Assembly (NCBI GenBank): GCA_045806525.1
Contig: JBJMJD010000105.1
Span: forward strand, 2,680-66,679
Reading direction: 5' to 3'
DNA length: 64,000 nucleotides
Source of the DNA: Gaiellales bacterium
GTDB lineage: Bacteria > Actinomycetota > Thermoleophilia > Gaiellales > JAICJC01
The notes beneath the pieces were generated by a model. It had not been told where the DNA came from and did not search any database. It was given only the letters and a program-made list of their open reading frames with translations. Each line of letters opens with the position of its first letter. The first letter of the stretch is position 1. A program made the translations under genes and the position numbers. Of this stretch, positions 1-7,276 are shown piece after piece.

Positions 1-516
1 GTGCGCAGGCTCGGTGGCACCGGGGCGAAGCTGCTGCTGCGGCTGCGGGCCGATCGCGAGGGTGCCGACGGCGAGAACGCGGCGGTGCTGCGGGAGGCGG
101 TCGCCGACTGCGCCGCGCACCACCTGCTGCTGGTGGTCGAGGTGCTGGTCTACCGGCTGGACGAGGAGGACGAAGCCGGGTACGAGGCTGCCCGGGCCGA
201 CCTGATCCGGGAGGCGGCGCTGCTGGCCGAGTCGTGCGGCGCCCGTTACCTGAAGCTCGAGTACCCGGGTGACGAGCAGGCCTGCCGGCGGGTGACCGAC
301 ACGCTGTCGGTGCCCTGGGCGCTGCTCTCGGCGGGCGTCGATCACGAGACGTTCGTGGTGCAGCTGCGCGCGGCGCTGGCGGCGGGCGCCGCCGGGTTCA
401 TCGCGGGCCGCTCGATCTGGAAGGAGTCGGTGGCGATGCGCGGCGAGGAGCGGCGCGCGTTCCTGGGCGGCAAGGCGCGGCGCCGGCTCGAACAGCTGCT
501 TGCGATCGCGGGGTAG
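1..516 (+). CDS. class I aldolase, LacD/tagatose-bisphosphate-aldolase-like (DUF2090-type); 5' end lies outside the window
   Basis: Only the C-terminal 171 aa is present. GAKLLLRLR...YLKLEYPGD...GFIAGRSIW parallels the full-length paralog at 35469-36413 (GAKLLLPYR...VLKLQYPGS...GFIVGRTLF). Family assigned from memory of LacD/YihT/IolC-C-terminal-domain proteins. Confidence 0.6.
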   Translation: MRRLGGTGAKLLLRLRADREGADGENAAVLREAVADCAAHHLLLVVEVLVYRLDEEDEAGYEAARADLIREAALLAESCGARYLKLEYPGDEQACRRVTDTLSVPWALLSAGVDHETFVVQLRAALAAGAAGFIAGRSIWKESVAMRGEERRAFLGGKARRRLEQLLAIAG

Positions 517-533
517 GGCTCGCTGGGAGATAC

Positions 534-1424
534 TTGCGGCCGGTGCTGGATCTGCTGGTGATCGGCGACTGCAACCCCGACCTGCTGGTGGCGGGAGCCG
601 ACGTGGTGCCCGAGTTCGGCCAGCGCGAGAAGCTGGTCGAGACCGGGCGGCTGCTGGTGGGCGGATCGGCCTCGATCTTCGCCTGCGGCGCCGCCCGGCT
701 GGGGCTGGCGGTGGCGCTGGTGGCGGCGGTCGGCGACGACGCGTTCGGCTCGTTCATGCTGGAGGCGGTCGGCGAGCGCGGCGTCGATGCGTCCAGCTGC
801 CCGGTCGTTGCCGGCGCTGACACCGGCCTCACGGTGGCGCTGGTTCGGGACGGCGACCGTGCCATGCTGACGGCGCCGGGAGCGATCCCGCTGTTGACGG
901 CCGAGATGGTGCCGCCGGCGCTGGTGGCCACCGCCCGGCACCTGCACGTCGCCTCCTACCACCTGCTGGACGGCCTCCGCCCGGGGCTGCCGGCGCTGGT
1001 GGCAGCGGCGCATGCGTCCGGTGCGACGGTGTCGGTGAATCCGCAGGGCGAGGTGGGCGGCGGCAGCGGGGAGCAGCTGCGCATGTTGGTGCCGTCGATC
1101 GATCTGCTGCTCCTGAACGACCGGGAGCGCGAGTCGCTGGGCAGGGTGGACGGCCCGCTGGTGGTGGTCAAACACGGCGCCGAGGGTGCGGCCGCGCACA
1201 GCCGGGACGGCGTGGTGCGCGTGGCCGGCCATCCCGTCGAGGTGGTCGACACGACCGGCGCCGGCGACAGCTTCGACGCGGGCTTCCTGGCGGCGTGGCT
1301 GGCGGGCGAGCCGCTGGAGCGGGCGCTGGCGCTGGGCAACGCCTGCGGCGCGCTCTCGACGCAGGCGCTGGGAGGGATCGCCGCGCAGGCGACGATGGCC
1401 GAGGCGAGGGCGGCGGCGGCATGA
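534..1424 (+). CDS. PfkB-family carbohydrate kinase (ribokinase-like)
   Basis: 296 aa. TTG start follows a GGGAGA Shine-Dalgarno. C-terminal DTTGAGDSFDAGF motif and overall layout are typical of PfkB sugar kinases. Confidence 0.85.
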   Translation: MRPVLDLLVIGDCNPDLLVAGADVVPEFGQREKLVETGRLLVGGSASIFACGAARLGLAVALVAAVGDDAFGSFMLEAVGERGVDASSCPVVAGADTGLTVALVRDGDRAMLTAPGAIPLLTAEMVPPALVATARHLHVASYHLLDGLRPGLPALVAAAHASGATVSVNPQGEVGGGSGEQLRMLVPSIDLLLLNDRERESLGRVDGPLVVVKHGAEGAAAHSRDGVVRVAGHPVEVVDTTGAGDSFDAGFLAAWLAGEPLERALALGNACGALSTQALGGIAAQATMAEARAAAA

Positions 1425-2308
1425 TCGTGTGCCTGGCGGCGAACCCGTCGATCGACCGGCTGTTCGGGGTCGACCGACTGACCCCGGGTGGCATCCACCG
1501 CCCTACCGAGTTCACCCAGGTGGCGGGCGGAAAGGGCCTGAACGTGGCCCGGGCGGCGTCCGCGCTGGGCGCCGAGGTGCAGGCGGTGGCGCTGCTGGGC
1601 GGCCACGCGGGGCGGTGGATCGCCGAGCAGTGTGAACGCGAGGGCGTCGAACTGGCGGCGGCCTGGGCGCAGCCGGAGACGCGCTCGTCGCTCTCGGTGG
1701 CCGGAGCCGACCAGGGGCTGACGGAGTTCTACGAGCACGGTGCGGCGGTCACGCTCGAGGAGTGGCGGGGCTTCGCGGAACTGGCCGCGCGGCACCTGCC
1801 CCGGGCTGGATGGGCGACGATCTCCGGGTCGCTGCCTCCGGGGGCGCCGGCCGACGGCTACGTGCCGCTGATCGGGGTGGCCCGAAGCGCGTTCGACAGC
1901 CGCGAGCAGGGCATCGCCGCCCGCCCGGCACTGGTGAAGGTGAACGCCGGTGAGGCCGCCCAGCTGACCGGCATGGCCGATGCGCTCGACGCGGCACGGA
2001 CGCTGCACGAGGCCGCCGGCGGCGCGGCGATCGTCACCCGCGGCCGCGACGGCGCGGTCATGGTCGCCCCGGATGGACGAGCGCTGTCAGGCGGTGCCGA
2101 CGCCGAGGGCCGCTACCCGGTGGGGAGCGGCGACGTCTTCCTGGCAGGGCTGGTGGTGGCGCTCGACGCCGGAGCCGGCTGGGACGATGCGCTGCGGGCG
2201 GCGATCGGCGCGGGTGCGGCCAACGCCGAGCAGCCCGGCGCGGGGCGGCTCGACCCCGAGCGAGCGCGAGCGATCGCAGACTCCGTGCGGCTCGCGCCCG
2301 CGGACTGA
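1421..2308 (+). CDS. FruK/LacC-type PfkB kinase (1-phosphofructokinase / tagatose-6-phosphate kinase family)
   Basis: ATG at 1421 overlaps the upstream stop (ATGA). MIVCLAANPSIDRL...GGKGLNVARA N-terminus and the GSGD region are FruK/LacC-like. The ORF-track start at 1295 is a GC-rich artefactual extension. Confidence 0.8.
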   Translation: MIVCLAANPSIDRLFGVDRLTPGGIHRPTEFTQVAGGKGLNVARAASALGAEVQAVALLGGHAGRWIAEQCEREGVELAAAWAQPETRSSLSVAGADQGLTEFYEHGAAVTLEEWRGFAELAARHLPRAGWATISGSLPPGAPADGYVPLIGVARSAFDSREQGIAARPALVKVNAGEAAQLTGMADALDAARTLHEAAGGAAIVTRGRDGAVMVAPDGRALSGGADAEGRYPVGSGDVFLAGLVVALDAGAGWDDALRAAIGAGAANAEQPGAGRLDPERARAIADSVRLAPAD

Positions 2309-2311
2309 CCC

Positions 2312-2395
2312 GTCACGCGACGGTCACGAGCCCGAAACGTCACAGAGTCCCGAGCCGACCCCCTGATCGCAACGATTCGGTCACGAGCGGTCACG
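2312..2395 (+). repeat. same-orientation GTCAC(G/A) direct-repeat array including two exact GGTCACGAGC 10-mers
   Basis: GTCACG at 2312, 2323, 2380 and 2390; GTCACA at 2339; a further GTCACG at 2557. GGTCACGAGC is exact at 2322-2331 and 2379-2388. Two pairs are spaced 11 and 10 bp. Confidence refers to the repeat being present, not to any function. Confidence 0.5.
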
Positions 2396-2477
2396 GCCTG
2401 CGCCGCGAGTGCGCACGACGGCCGGGTCGGGCTCTGAGCCCTTTACATCTCGATCGGCTCAACCGTGCGGGCGGCCT

Positions 2478-2492
2478 GTAACGGTCCGTTAC
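2478..2492. other. 15-bp perfect palindrome GTAACGG-T-CCGTTAC in the convergent spacer
   Basis: Read directly from the sequence. The 1-nt centre makes an RNA hairpin unlikely, so a dimeric protein site is more plausible. A second odd palindrome GGGCTC-T-GAGCCC lies at 2429-2441 and is followed by TTTACAT. Confidence 0.5.
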
Positions 2493-2602
2493 GGAGCTGC
2501 CACGAGCTATCAACGGCGGCCGAGGCGGTGTTTGACACCCCAGGGCGCGCGGGGGCGTCACGGCAGCGTCTCGGCGGCTGACACGAACGGCCACCGGGGC
2601 GG

Positions 2603-3421
2603 TTACTTGAGGCCGGTCGAGGCCAACGACTGCACGAACCAGCGCTGGCCGATGATGAACACCAGCAGCATCGGTGCCAGCGCCATCACGTTGCCCGCCA
2701 TCAGCAGCGTCCAGTTCGTCTGATGCGCACCCTGGAACTGCGCCAACCCCAGCTGCACCGTGCTCTGGTTTGTTGACGTGATCACGATCAGCGGCCACAG
2801 AAAGTCGTTCCACGTCCACAGGAACGTCACGATTCCAAGTGTTGCCAGGGCAGGCATCGATAGCGGCAGCACCACCCGCAGCAGCACACCCAGGCGCGAG
2901 CAGCCGTCCATCCGCGCCGCCTCCTCGAGCTCGATCGGCAGCGTCCGGAAGAACTGCCGCAGGAGGAAGATCCCGAACGGCGTCACCAGGTTGGGCACGA
3001 TCAGCGCGGGCAGCGAGTTCACCAGCCCCATCTTCTGGACGATCAGGAAGGTCGGGATCATCGTCACCTGGAACGGCACCATCAGCGTCGCCAGCAGCGC
3101 CACGAACAGCACGTCGCGGCCGAAGAACCGCATCCGCGCGAACGCGTATCCGGCCAGGCTGCAGAAGACGAGGTTGCCGGCCACGGCCGACAGCGTCACG
3201 ATCATGCTGTTCGCGAAGAAGCGCCCGAATGGCGCCGCGTTCCATGCGTCCGGGTAGTTCTCCCAGTGGATGCCGGACGGGATCAGCACGGGCGGGAAGT
3301 GCCGCGACTCGGGCAGCGTCTGGATCGACGTCAAGAGCATCCAGCCCAGCGGCAGCAGCATCAGGGCGGCGATCGGCATCAGCGCCAGATGGCGGGGGCT
3401 GAACGGCAGCGGCCACCTCAT
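2603..3421 (-). CDS. carbohydrate ABC transporter permease (MalG-like, CUT1)
   Basis: Multi-TM protein with EAA loop LEEAARMDGCSRLGVLLRVVLPLS. I prefer the ATG at 3421 (ATGA overlap with the upstream permease stop) over the ORF-track start at 3454. Confidence 0.85.
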   Translation of the reverse strand: MRWPLPFSPRHLALMPIAALMLLPLGWMLLTSIQTLPESRHFPPVLIPSGIHWENYPDAWNAAPFGRFFANSMIVTLSAVAGNLVFCSLAGYAFARMRFFGRDVLFVALLATLMVPFQVTMIPTFLIVQKMGLVNSLPALIVPNLVTPFGIFLLRQFFRTLPIELEEAARMDGCSRLGVLLRVVLPLSMPALATLGIVTFLWTWNDFLWPLIVITSTNQSTVQLGLAQFQGAHQTNWTLLMAGNVMALAPMLLVFIIGQRWFVQSLASTGLK

Positions 3422-4302
3422 GAGCCGTAGTGCACCCGGCGGTTGCCCAGCCACAGCTGCAGCAGCGAGAACACCAGCGTGATCGCGAACAGCACCTCGG
3501 CGATGGCCGCTGCGTACCCGGCGTGGAAGAACTCGAACGCCTGGCTATAGAGGTAATAGACCATCACGGTCGTCGCGTGCAGCGGCCCGCCCCGCGTGGT
3601 CACGTAGATCTCGTCGAACACCTGCAGCGCATTGATCGTCGACCACACGATCAGGAACAACGTGGCCGGCGACACCAGCGGGAACACCACGTGGCGGAAC
3701 GTCGCCCAGCGCCCGGCGCCGTCCAGCCGCGCCGCCTCGACCAGGCTCTCCGGCACCCCCTGCAGCGCCGCCAGGTACACGATCACGTCGAACCCCAGCC
3801 AACCCCAGACCGTCATCGCCACGATTGAGTACAGCGCCTGGTCGGGATCCTGGAAGAACCCGTAGGGGCCAAGGTGCACCTTTTCCAGCATGTAGTTGGC
3901 AACGCCGTAGGTGGGCTCCAGCAGCCAGTTGAAAATCAGTCCCGTTGCCACTGTGGACGTCGCCACCGGGATGAACACCGCCGTGCGGTAGAACCAGGAG
4001 AACCGGATCCGAGCGTTCAGCAGCATCGCCAGCGCCAGCGATCCGCCCACCGAGAGCGGTACGAACAGCAGCGTGTACACGATCGTGTGGTTGACCGACT
4101 GCCGGAACACCGGATCGTTCACGAGCGTGTGGTAGTTCTGGGTGCCGACCCAGGTGGGCGTCGTCAGCAGGTCGTTGTTCTGGAACGACAGCAGCGCCGC
4201 CCACCCGATCGGCAGGATCCCGAAGATGCCGATCAGCAAGGCGGCCGGGGCCACGAACAGCCAGCCGCTGACGTGTTCGGAGCGGGCCGCCCGCGAGATC
4301 AC
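3418..4302 (-). CDS. carbohydrate ABC transporter permease (MalF-like, CUT1)
   Basis: GTG at 4302 overlaps the SBP stop (GTGA). VISRAARSEHVSGWLFVAPAALLIGIF N-terminus and EAA loop VEAARLDGAGRWATFRHVVFPL. The 681-aa track ORF is a 5' over-extension. Confidence 0.85.
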   Translation of the reverse strand: MISRAARSEHVSGWLFVAPAALLIGIFGILPIGWAALLSFQNNDLLTTPTWVGTQNYHTLVNDPVFRQSVNHTIVYTLLFVPLSVGGSLALAMLLNARIRFSWFYRTAVFIPVATSTVATGLIFNWLLEPTYGVANYMLEKVHLGPYGFFQDPDQALYSIVAMTVWGWLGFDVIVYLAALQGVPESLVEAARLDGAGRWATFRHVVFPLVSPATLFLIVWSTINALQVFDEIYVTTRGGPLHATTVMVYYLYSQAFEFFHAGYAAAIAEVLFAITLVFSLLQLWLGNRRVHYGS

Positions 4303-5567
4303 TGGCCCGTCGCGAGCGTCTGGTCGACCTGCTGTGCCGCCTGGTCGAGCTCCTGCTGCGGCTGGCCCTTGCCGAGCAGCACCGCCTCGATCGCCTGGCC
4401 CATCGCCTGTGACACCTCGTTGTAGTTGGCGATCACCGGCCGCGCCTTCAGCGCGTTCGCCTCGTTCTGCACGAACACGGACACGCCCGGGTACTTCTTC
4501 ACGTAGGCGCCGTAGCCCGGCAGCTGCGTCTCGGAGGTGCGGATCGGCAGGTCGCCGGTCTGTGTCGACCAGATCAGCGCCTGCTGCGCCGACGTGAACC
4601 ACTTCAGGAACGTCCAGGCCGCCTCGGTGCGCTCGCTGCCGTTGTTGAACAGCACCCACTGGTCGGGACCGGAGATCGTCTGGTGGTTTGTGAGACCGGG
4701 CAGCACCTGCACGCCATAGTCGACGTCCGGGAAGCTGGACAGGTCCCACGGCCCCGTGAACAGCATCCCGATCTTGCCCGAGTTGAACAGGTTCGCGTAG
4801 TTGCCGTTGCCGTTGTCCAAGTAGACAGAGTGGTCGACCGTCGCCATCTGCTGGAGCAGCGTGGCCGCCTGCACCCCGGCCGGGGAGTTGAACTCCGCCT
4901 TCGTGTTGTCGGAGTTGAGGATGTCGCCCCCCGCCTGCCAGAGCAGCGCGTCGAAGCGCCAGACGGTGTCCTCGCTGCCGTCGGCCACGTAGGCCCAGCC
5001 GAACTGCTTGGCCGAGGGATCTGTCAGCTTCTGGGCCGCGGCCCGCAAGTCGTCCCACGTCCAGTTCGCGGTCGGGTAGGGGATGCCGGCTTGGTCGAAC
5101 AGCTTCTTGCTGTAGACCAGCGCCAGGTTGTCGACCAGCGCCGGCATGCCGATCACCTTGCCGCCGACCTGCACGGCCTGCCGCTCGGCCGGCCAGAAGT
5201 CGTTCCAGTTCACGCCCGGCTGCGTGATCCGCGAGGAGAGGTCGACCGCGGTCGGGCTGCGCGCGATGTTGGCCGCCCACGACCCGTACAGGTAGGCGAT
5301 GTCCGGGTAGGAGCCGCCGCGGATCGCGGTCAGCACCTTCTGCAGCGCGTAGTCCGCGTTCCCGTAGTTCTGGACGGTGACGTGGATCTTGGGATGGGTG
5401 GCGTTGAAGCGCGCTGCGGCGCTGGTCATGGCCTTGCCCTCGATGTCCTCGTAGCCGTGCCACACGGTCACGTTGACCACGCCGTTGGAGGACGAGCTGG
5501 AGCCGCCGCAGCCGGCGGACGCGACCAGCAGCAGGGCGGTCGCGGCGATCAGGAACAGGCGCCTCAT
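4299..5567 (-). CDS. ABC sugar-binding lipoprotein (extracellular solute-binding protein family 1)
   Basis: 422 aa. Signal peptide plus lipobox LLLVASAGCGGSSSSS. It sits first in line with two MalFG-type permeases. Confidence 0.9.
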   Translation of the reverse strand: MRRLFLIAATALLLVASAGCGGSSSSSNGVVNVTVWHGYEDIEGKAMTSAAARFNATHPKIHVTVQNYGNADYALQKVLTAIRGGSYPDIAYLYGSWAANIARSPTAVDLSSRITQPGVNWNDFWPAERQAVQVGGKVIGMPALVDNLALVYSKKLFDQAGIPYPTANWTWDDLRAAAQKLTDPSAKQFGWAYVADGSEDTVWRFDALLWQAGGDILNSDNTKAEFNSPAGVQAATLLQQMATVDHSVYLDNGNGNYANLFNSGKIGMLFTGPWDLSSFPDVDYGVQVLPGLTNHQTISGPDQWVLFNNGSERTEAAWTFLKWFTSAQQALIWSTQTGDLPIRTSETQLPGYGAYVKKYPGVSVFVQNEANALKARPVIANYNEVSQAMGQAIEAVLLGKGQPQQELDQAAQQVDQTLATGQ

Positions 5568-6433
5568 GGCAACACCACCGATCGGGTCAGGTTACGGGGC
5601 AGGTCGGGATCCAGGCCGCGGACGTCGGCCAGCCTGATCGCCAGCCGGTGCGCGAGCACCAGCGTGGCCAGGGGGGAGGGGTCGGGGTCGACCAGCGTTG
5701 CGCCGGTGGCGCGAATGTCTGCGCCCAGCGTTGCATCGATCGGGCCGATCGCGATCACCGCTGTGTCCGCGTCGCCCAGCGAGATCGGGCCGTGCCGGTA
5801 CTCCATCGCGGGATACGCCTCGGCCCAGGCCTGGGCGGCCTCGCGCAGCTTCAGCGCGGCCTCGCTGGCGAGGCCGTTCGTCCAGCCGCGCCCCAGGAAC
5901 TGGAACCGCCGGAAGTCGGCCGGGTCGATCGGCAGCGGGGCCTCCAGCACGCGCCGGGCGGCCTCGATCGACGGTGACAGGTCGAGCCCGGCGTGGGTCA
6001 GCAGCAGCACCAGCGCCGTGCTGGCGAACCGCGTCTGCACCACCGACCGTTCGTCGGCGAAGGGCAGCGAGATGGTCGTGTCCGCAAGCTCCGCGACCGG
6101 GCTGTCGGGCACCGCGGTCAGCGCCAGCGTGGGCGCGCCGCGGTGCGACCGCAGCAGCTCCAGCACCTCGCTGGTGGTGCCGGAGCGCGAGATCACGAGC
6201 AGCGCGTCGTAGCTGCGGCCGGTCGGAAACTCGGAGGCGGCGAACGCGTCGGTCTCGCCGGCCCCCGCCTGCTCACGCGCGACCGCGTAGGACTGGGCCA
6301 TGTACAGCGACGTGCCGCACCCGGCAACGGCGATCCGCAGGCCGCGGGCCGGCAGCGGCAGGTCGGGCGCGAGGTCGGCGGCCCGCCGCCAGATGTCGGG
6401 CTGGCTGGCCACCTCGTGAGCGATTGCGCTCAT
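5564..6433 (-). CDS. SIS-domain sugar-phosphate isomerase/deaminase (GlmS-isomerase / AgaS / FrlB-like)
   Basis: ATG at 6433 (MSAIAHEVASQPDIW). SIS motifs AVAGCGTSLY and ISRSGTTSEV. 4-nt overlap with the SBP gene. The track ORF start at 6664 is an extension across the promoter region. Confidence 0.8.
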   Translation of the reverse strand: MSAIAHEVASQPDIWRRAADLAPDLPLPARGLRIAVAGCGTSLYMAQSYAVAREQAGAGETDAFAASEFPTGRSYDALLVISRSGTTSEVLELLRSHRGAPTLALTAVPDSPVAELADTTISLPFADERSVVQTRFASTALVLLLTHAGLDLSPSIEAARRVLEAPLPIDPADFRRFQFLGRGWTNGLASEAALKLREAAQAWAEAYPAMEYRHGPISLGDADTAVIAIGPIDATLGADIRATGATLVDPDPSPLATLVLAHRLAIRLADVRGLDPDLPRNLTRSVVLP

Positions 6434-6441
6434 ATCGCGCC

Positions 6442-6470
6442 ACTTTATGCCGTAACTGCTCATAAGGCAA
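6442..6470 (-). promoter_or_regulatory. candidate promoter of the SIS-ABC operon (TTGCCT-17-TAAAGT), overlapping inverted repeat TTATG-N11-CATAA
   Basis: On the minus strand, TTGCCT (6470-6465), a 17-nt spacer, then TAAAGT (6447-6442). The -10 ends 8 nt before the ATG at 6433, implying a leaderless or near-leaderless mRNA. The inverted repeat 6445-6449 / 6461-6465 is a possible DeoR site. Confidence 0.3.
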
Positions 6471-6509
6471 CCAGCGCACGGAGGTACCACTCGATAGACT
6501 TGCGCAACA

Positions 6510-7268
6510 ATGCGCCAGTCCGAACGTCTCAGCCGCATCGTCGAGCAGCTGTCCACGAACGGGTCGGTCGGAGTCGGCGACCTGGCGGCGGATCTGGGCG
6601 TCTCCTCGGCCACCGTGCGGCGCGACCTGGTGCTGCTCGAACAGCAGCGGCTGCTGGCGCGCACTCACGGCGGCGCCATCGCAAACGGCGTCCTGTTCGA
6701 GCTGCCGCTGCGCTATCGCAGCGCTCGCCGCCAGGAGCAGAAGGCCCGGATCGCACAGGTGGCGGCCGAGCGCGTGCCCGAGGGCGCCGCCATCGGCATG
6801 ACCGGTGGAACCACCACCACTGAATGTGCCCGGGCGCTGTCCGACCGGCGGCGGCTGACGGTCGTCACCAACTCCCTGAACATCGCCTCTGAGCTGGCGG
6901 TGCGCCCCAACCTGAAGCTGGTCGTGACCGGCGGCGTGGCTCGTCCCGAGTCCTACGAGCTGGTGGGGCCGCTGGCCGAGGCGTCGCTGTCCGGCCTCTA
7001 TCTGGACATCGTGCTGGTGGGCGTCGACGGCATCGCCGCGGACGCCGGGCTCACAACCCACCACGAGGTCGAGGCCCACACCAACCGGGCGCTGATCGCG
7101 CGTGCCCGCCGCGTCGTGGTGGTGGCAGACAGCTCCAAGATCGGCCAGATCGCGTTCGCCCGCATCTGCGGCCTCGAGGCGGTGCACGAGGTGATCAGCG
7201 ACACGGGAGCCGACCGCTCCGAGGTGGCCGCCCTGCGCGCGGCCGGCGCCACCGTCACCCTGGTCTGA
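6510..7268 (+). CDS. DeoR-family transcriptional regulator
   Basis: 252 aa. N-terminal wHTH (RLSRIVEQLSTNGSVGVGDLAADLGVSSATVRRDLVLLEQQRLLARTHGGA) plus a DeoR C-terminal sensor domain. Divergent from the SIS-ABC operon. Confidence 0.9.
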   Translation: MRQSERLSRIVEQLSTNGSVGVGDLAADLGVSSATVRRDLVLLEQQRLLARTHGGAIANGVLFELPLRYRSARRQEQKARIAQVAAERVPEGAAIGMTGGTTTTECARALSDRRRLTVVTNSLNIASELAVRPNLKLVVTGGVARPESYELVGPLAEASLSGLYLDIVLVGVDGIAADAGLTTHHEVEAHTNRALIARARRVVVVADSSKIGQIAFARICGLEAVHEVISDTGADRSEVAALRAAGATVTLV

Positions 7269-7276
7269 GGTGGTCG

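Noticed and set aside
342-1232. Long antisense or off-frame ORFs from the six-frame track (for example 342-1232, 956-2008, 8309-9571, 14306-15658, 29228-30334, 43247-44716, 58254-59738, 60915-62384).
   Set aside because: They lie opposite or out of frame to genes with clear family motifs. Their translations are Arg/Gly/Pro/Ala-rich and low in complexity, and they lack Shine-Dalgarno or start-stop coupling. This is the expected artefact of about 70% GC DNA, where stop codons are rare.
2409-2723. A 104-aa + strand ORF that starts in the 2309-2602 spacer.
   Set aside because: It runs antisense into the permease gene, has Arg/Gly/Pro-rich composition and no ribosome-binding site. It does not explain the repeats.
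3418-5463. The 681-aa track ORF, which might suggest a fused giant permease.
   Set aside because: Only the last 294 residues are permease-like. The upstream part runs through the SBP gene in another frame. A GTG at 4302 gives the classic GTGA coupling to the SBP stop.
1-7268. A sulfoquinovose (E. coli yih-like) sulfoglycolysis locus, suggested by the DeoR regulator + PfkB kinase + LacD/YihT-like aldolase.
   Set aside because: No sulfoquinovosidase (GH31 YihQ), YihS-type isomerase, sulfolactaldehyde reductase or sulfonate exporter is present. The SIS protein and the second FruK/LacC-like kinase fit an amino-sugar or ketosamine/tagatose-type route better. The window edge prevents a final verdict.
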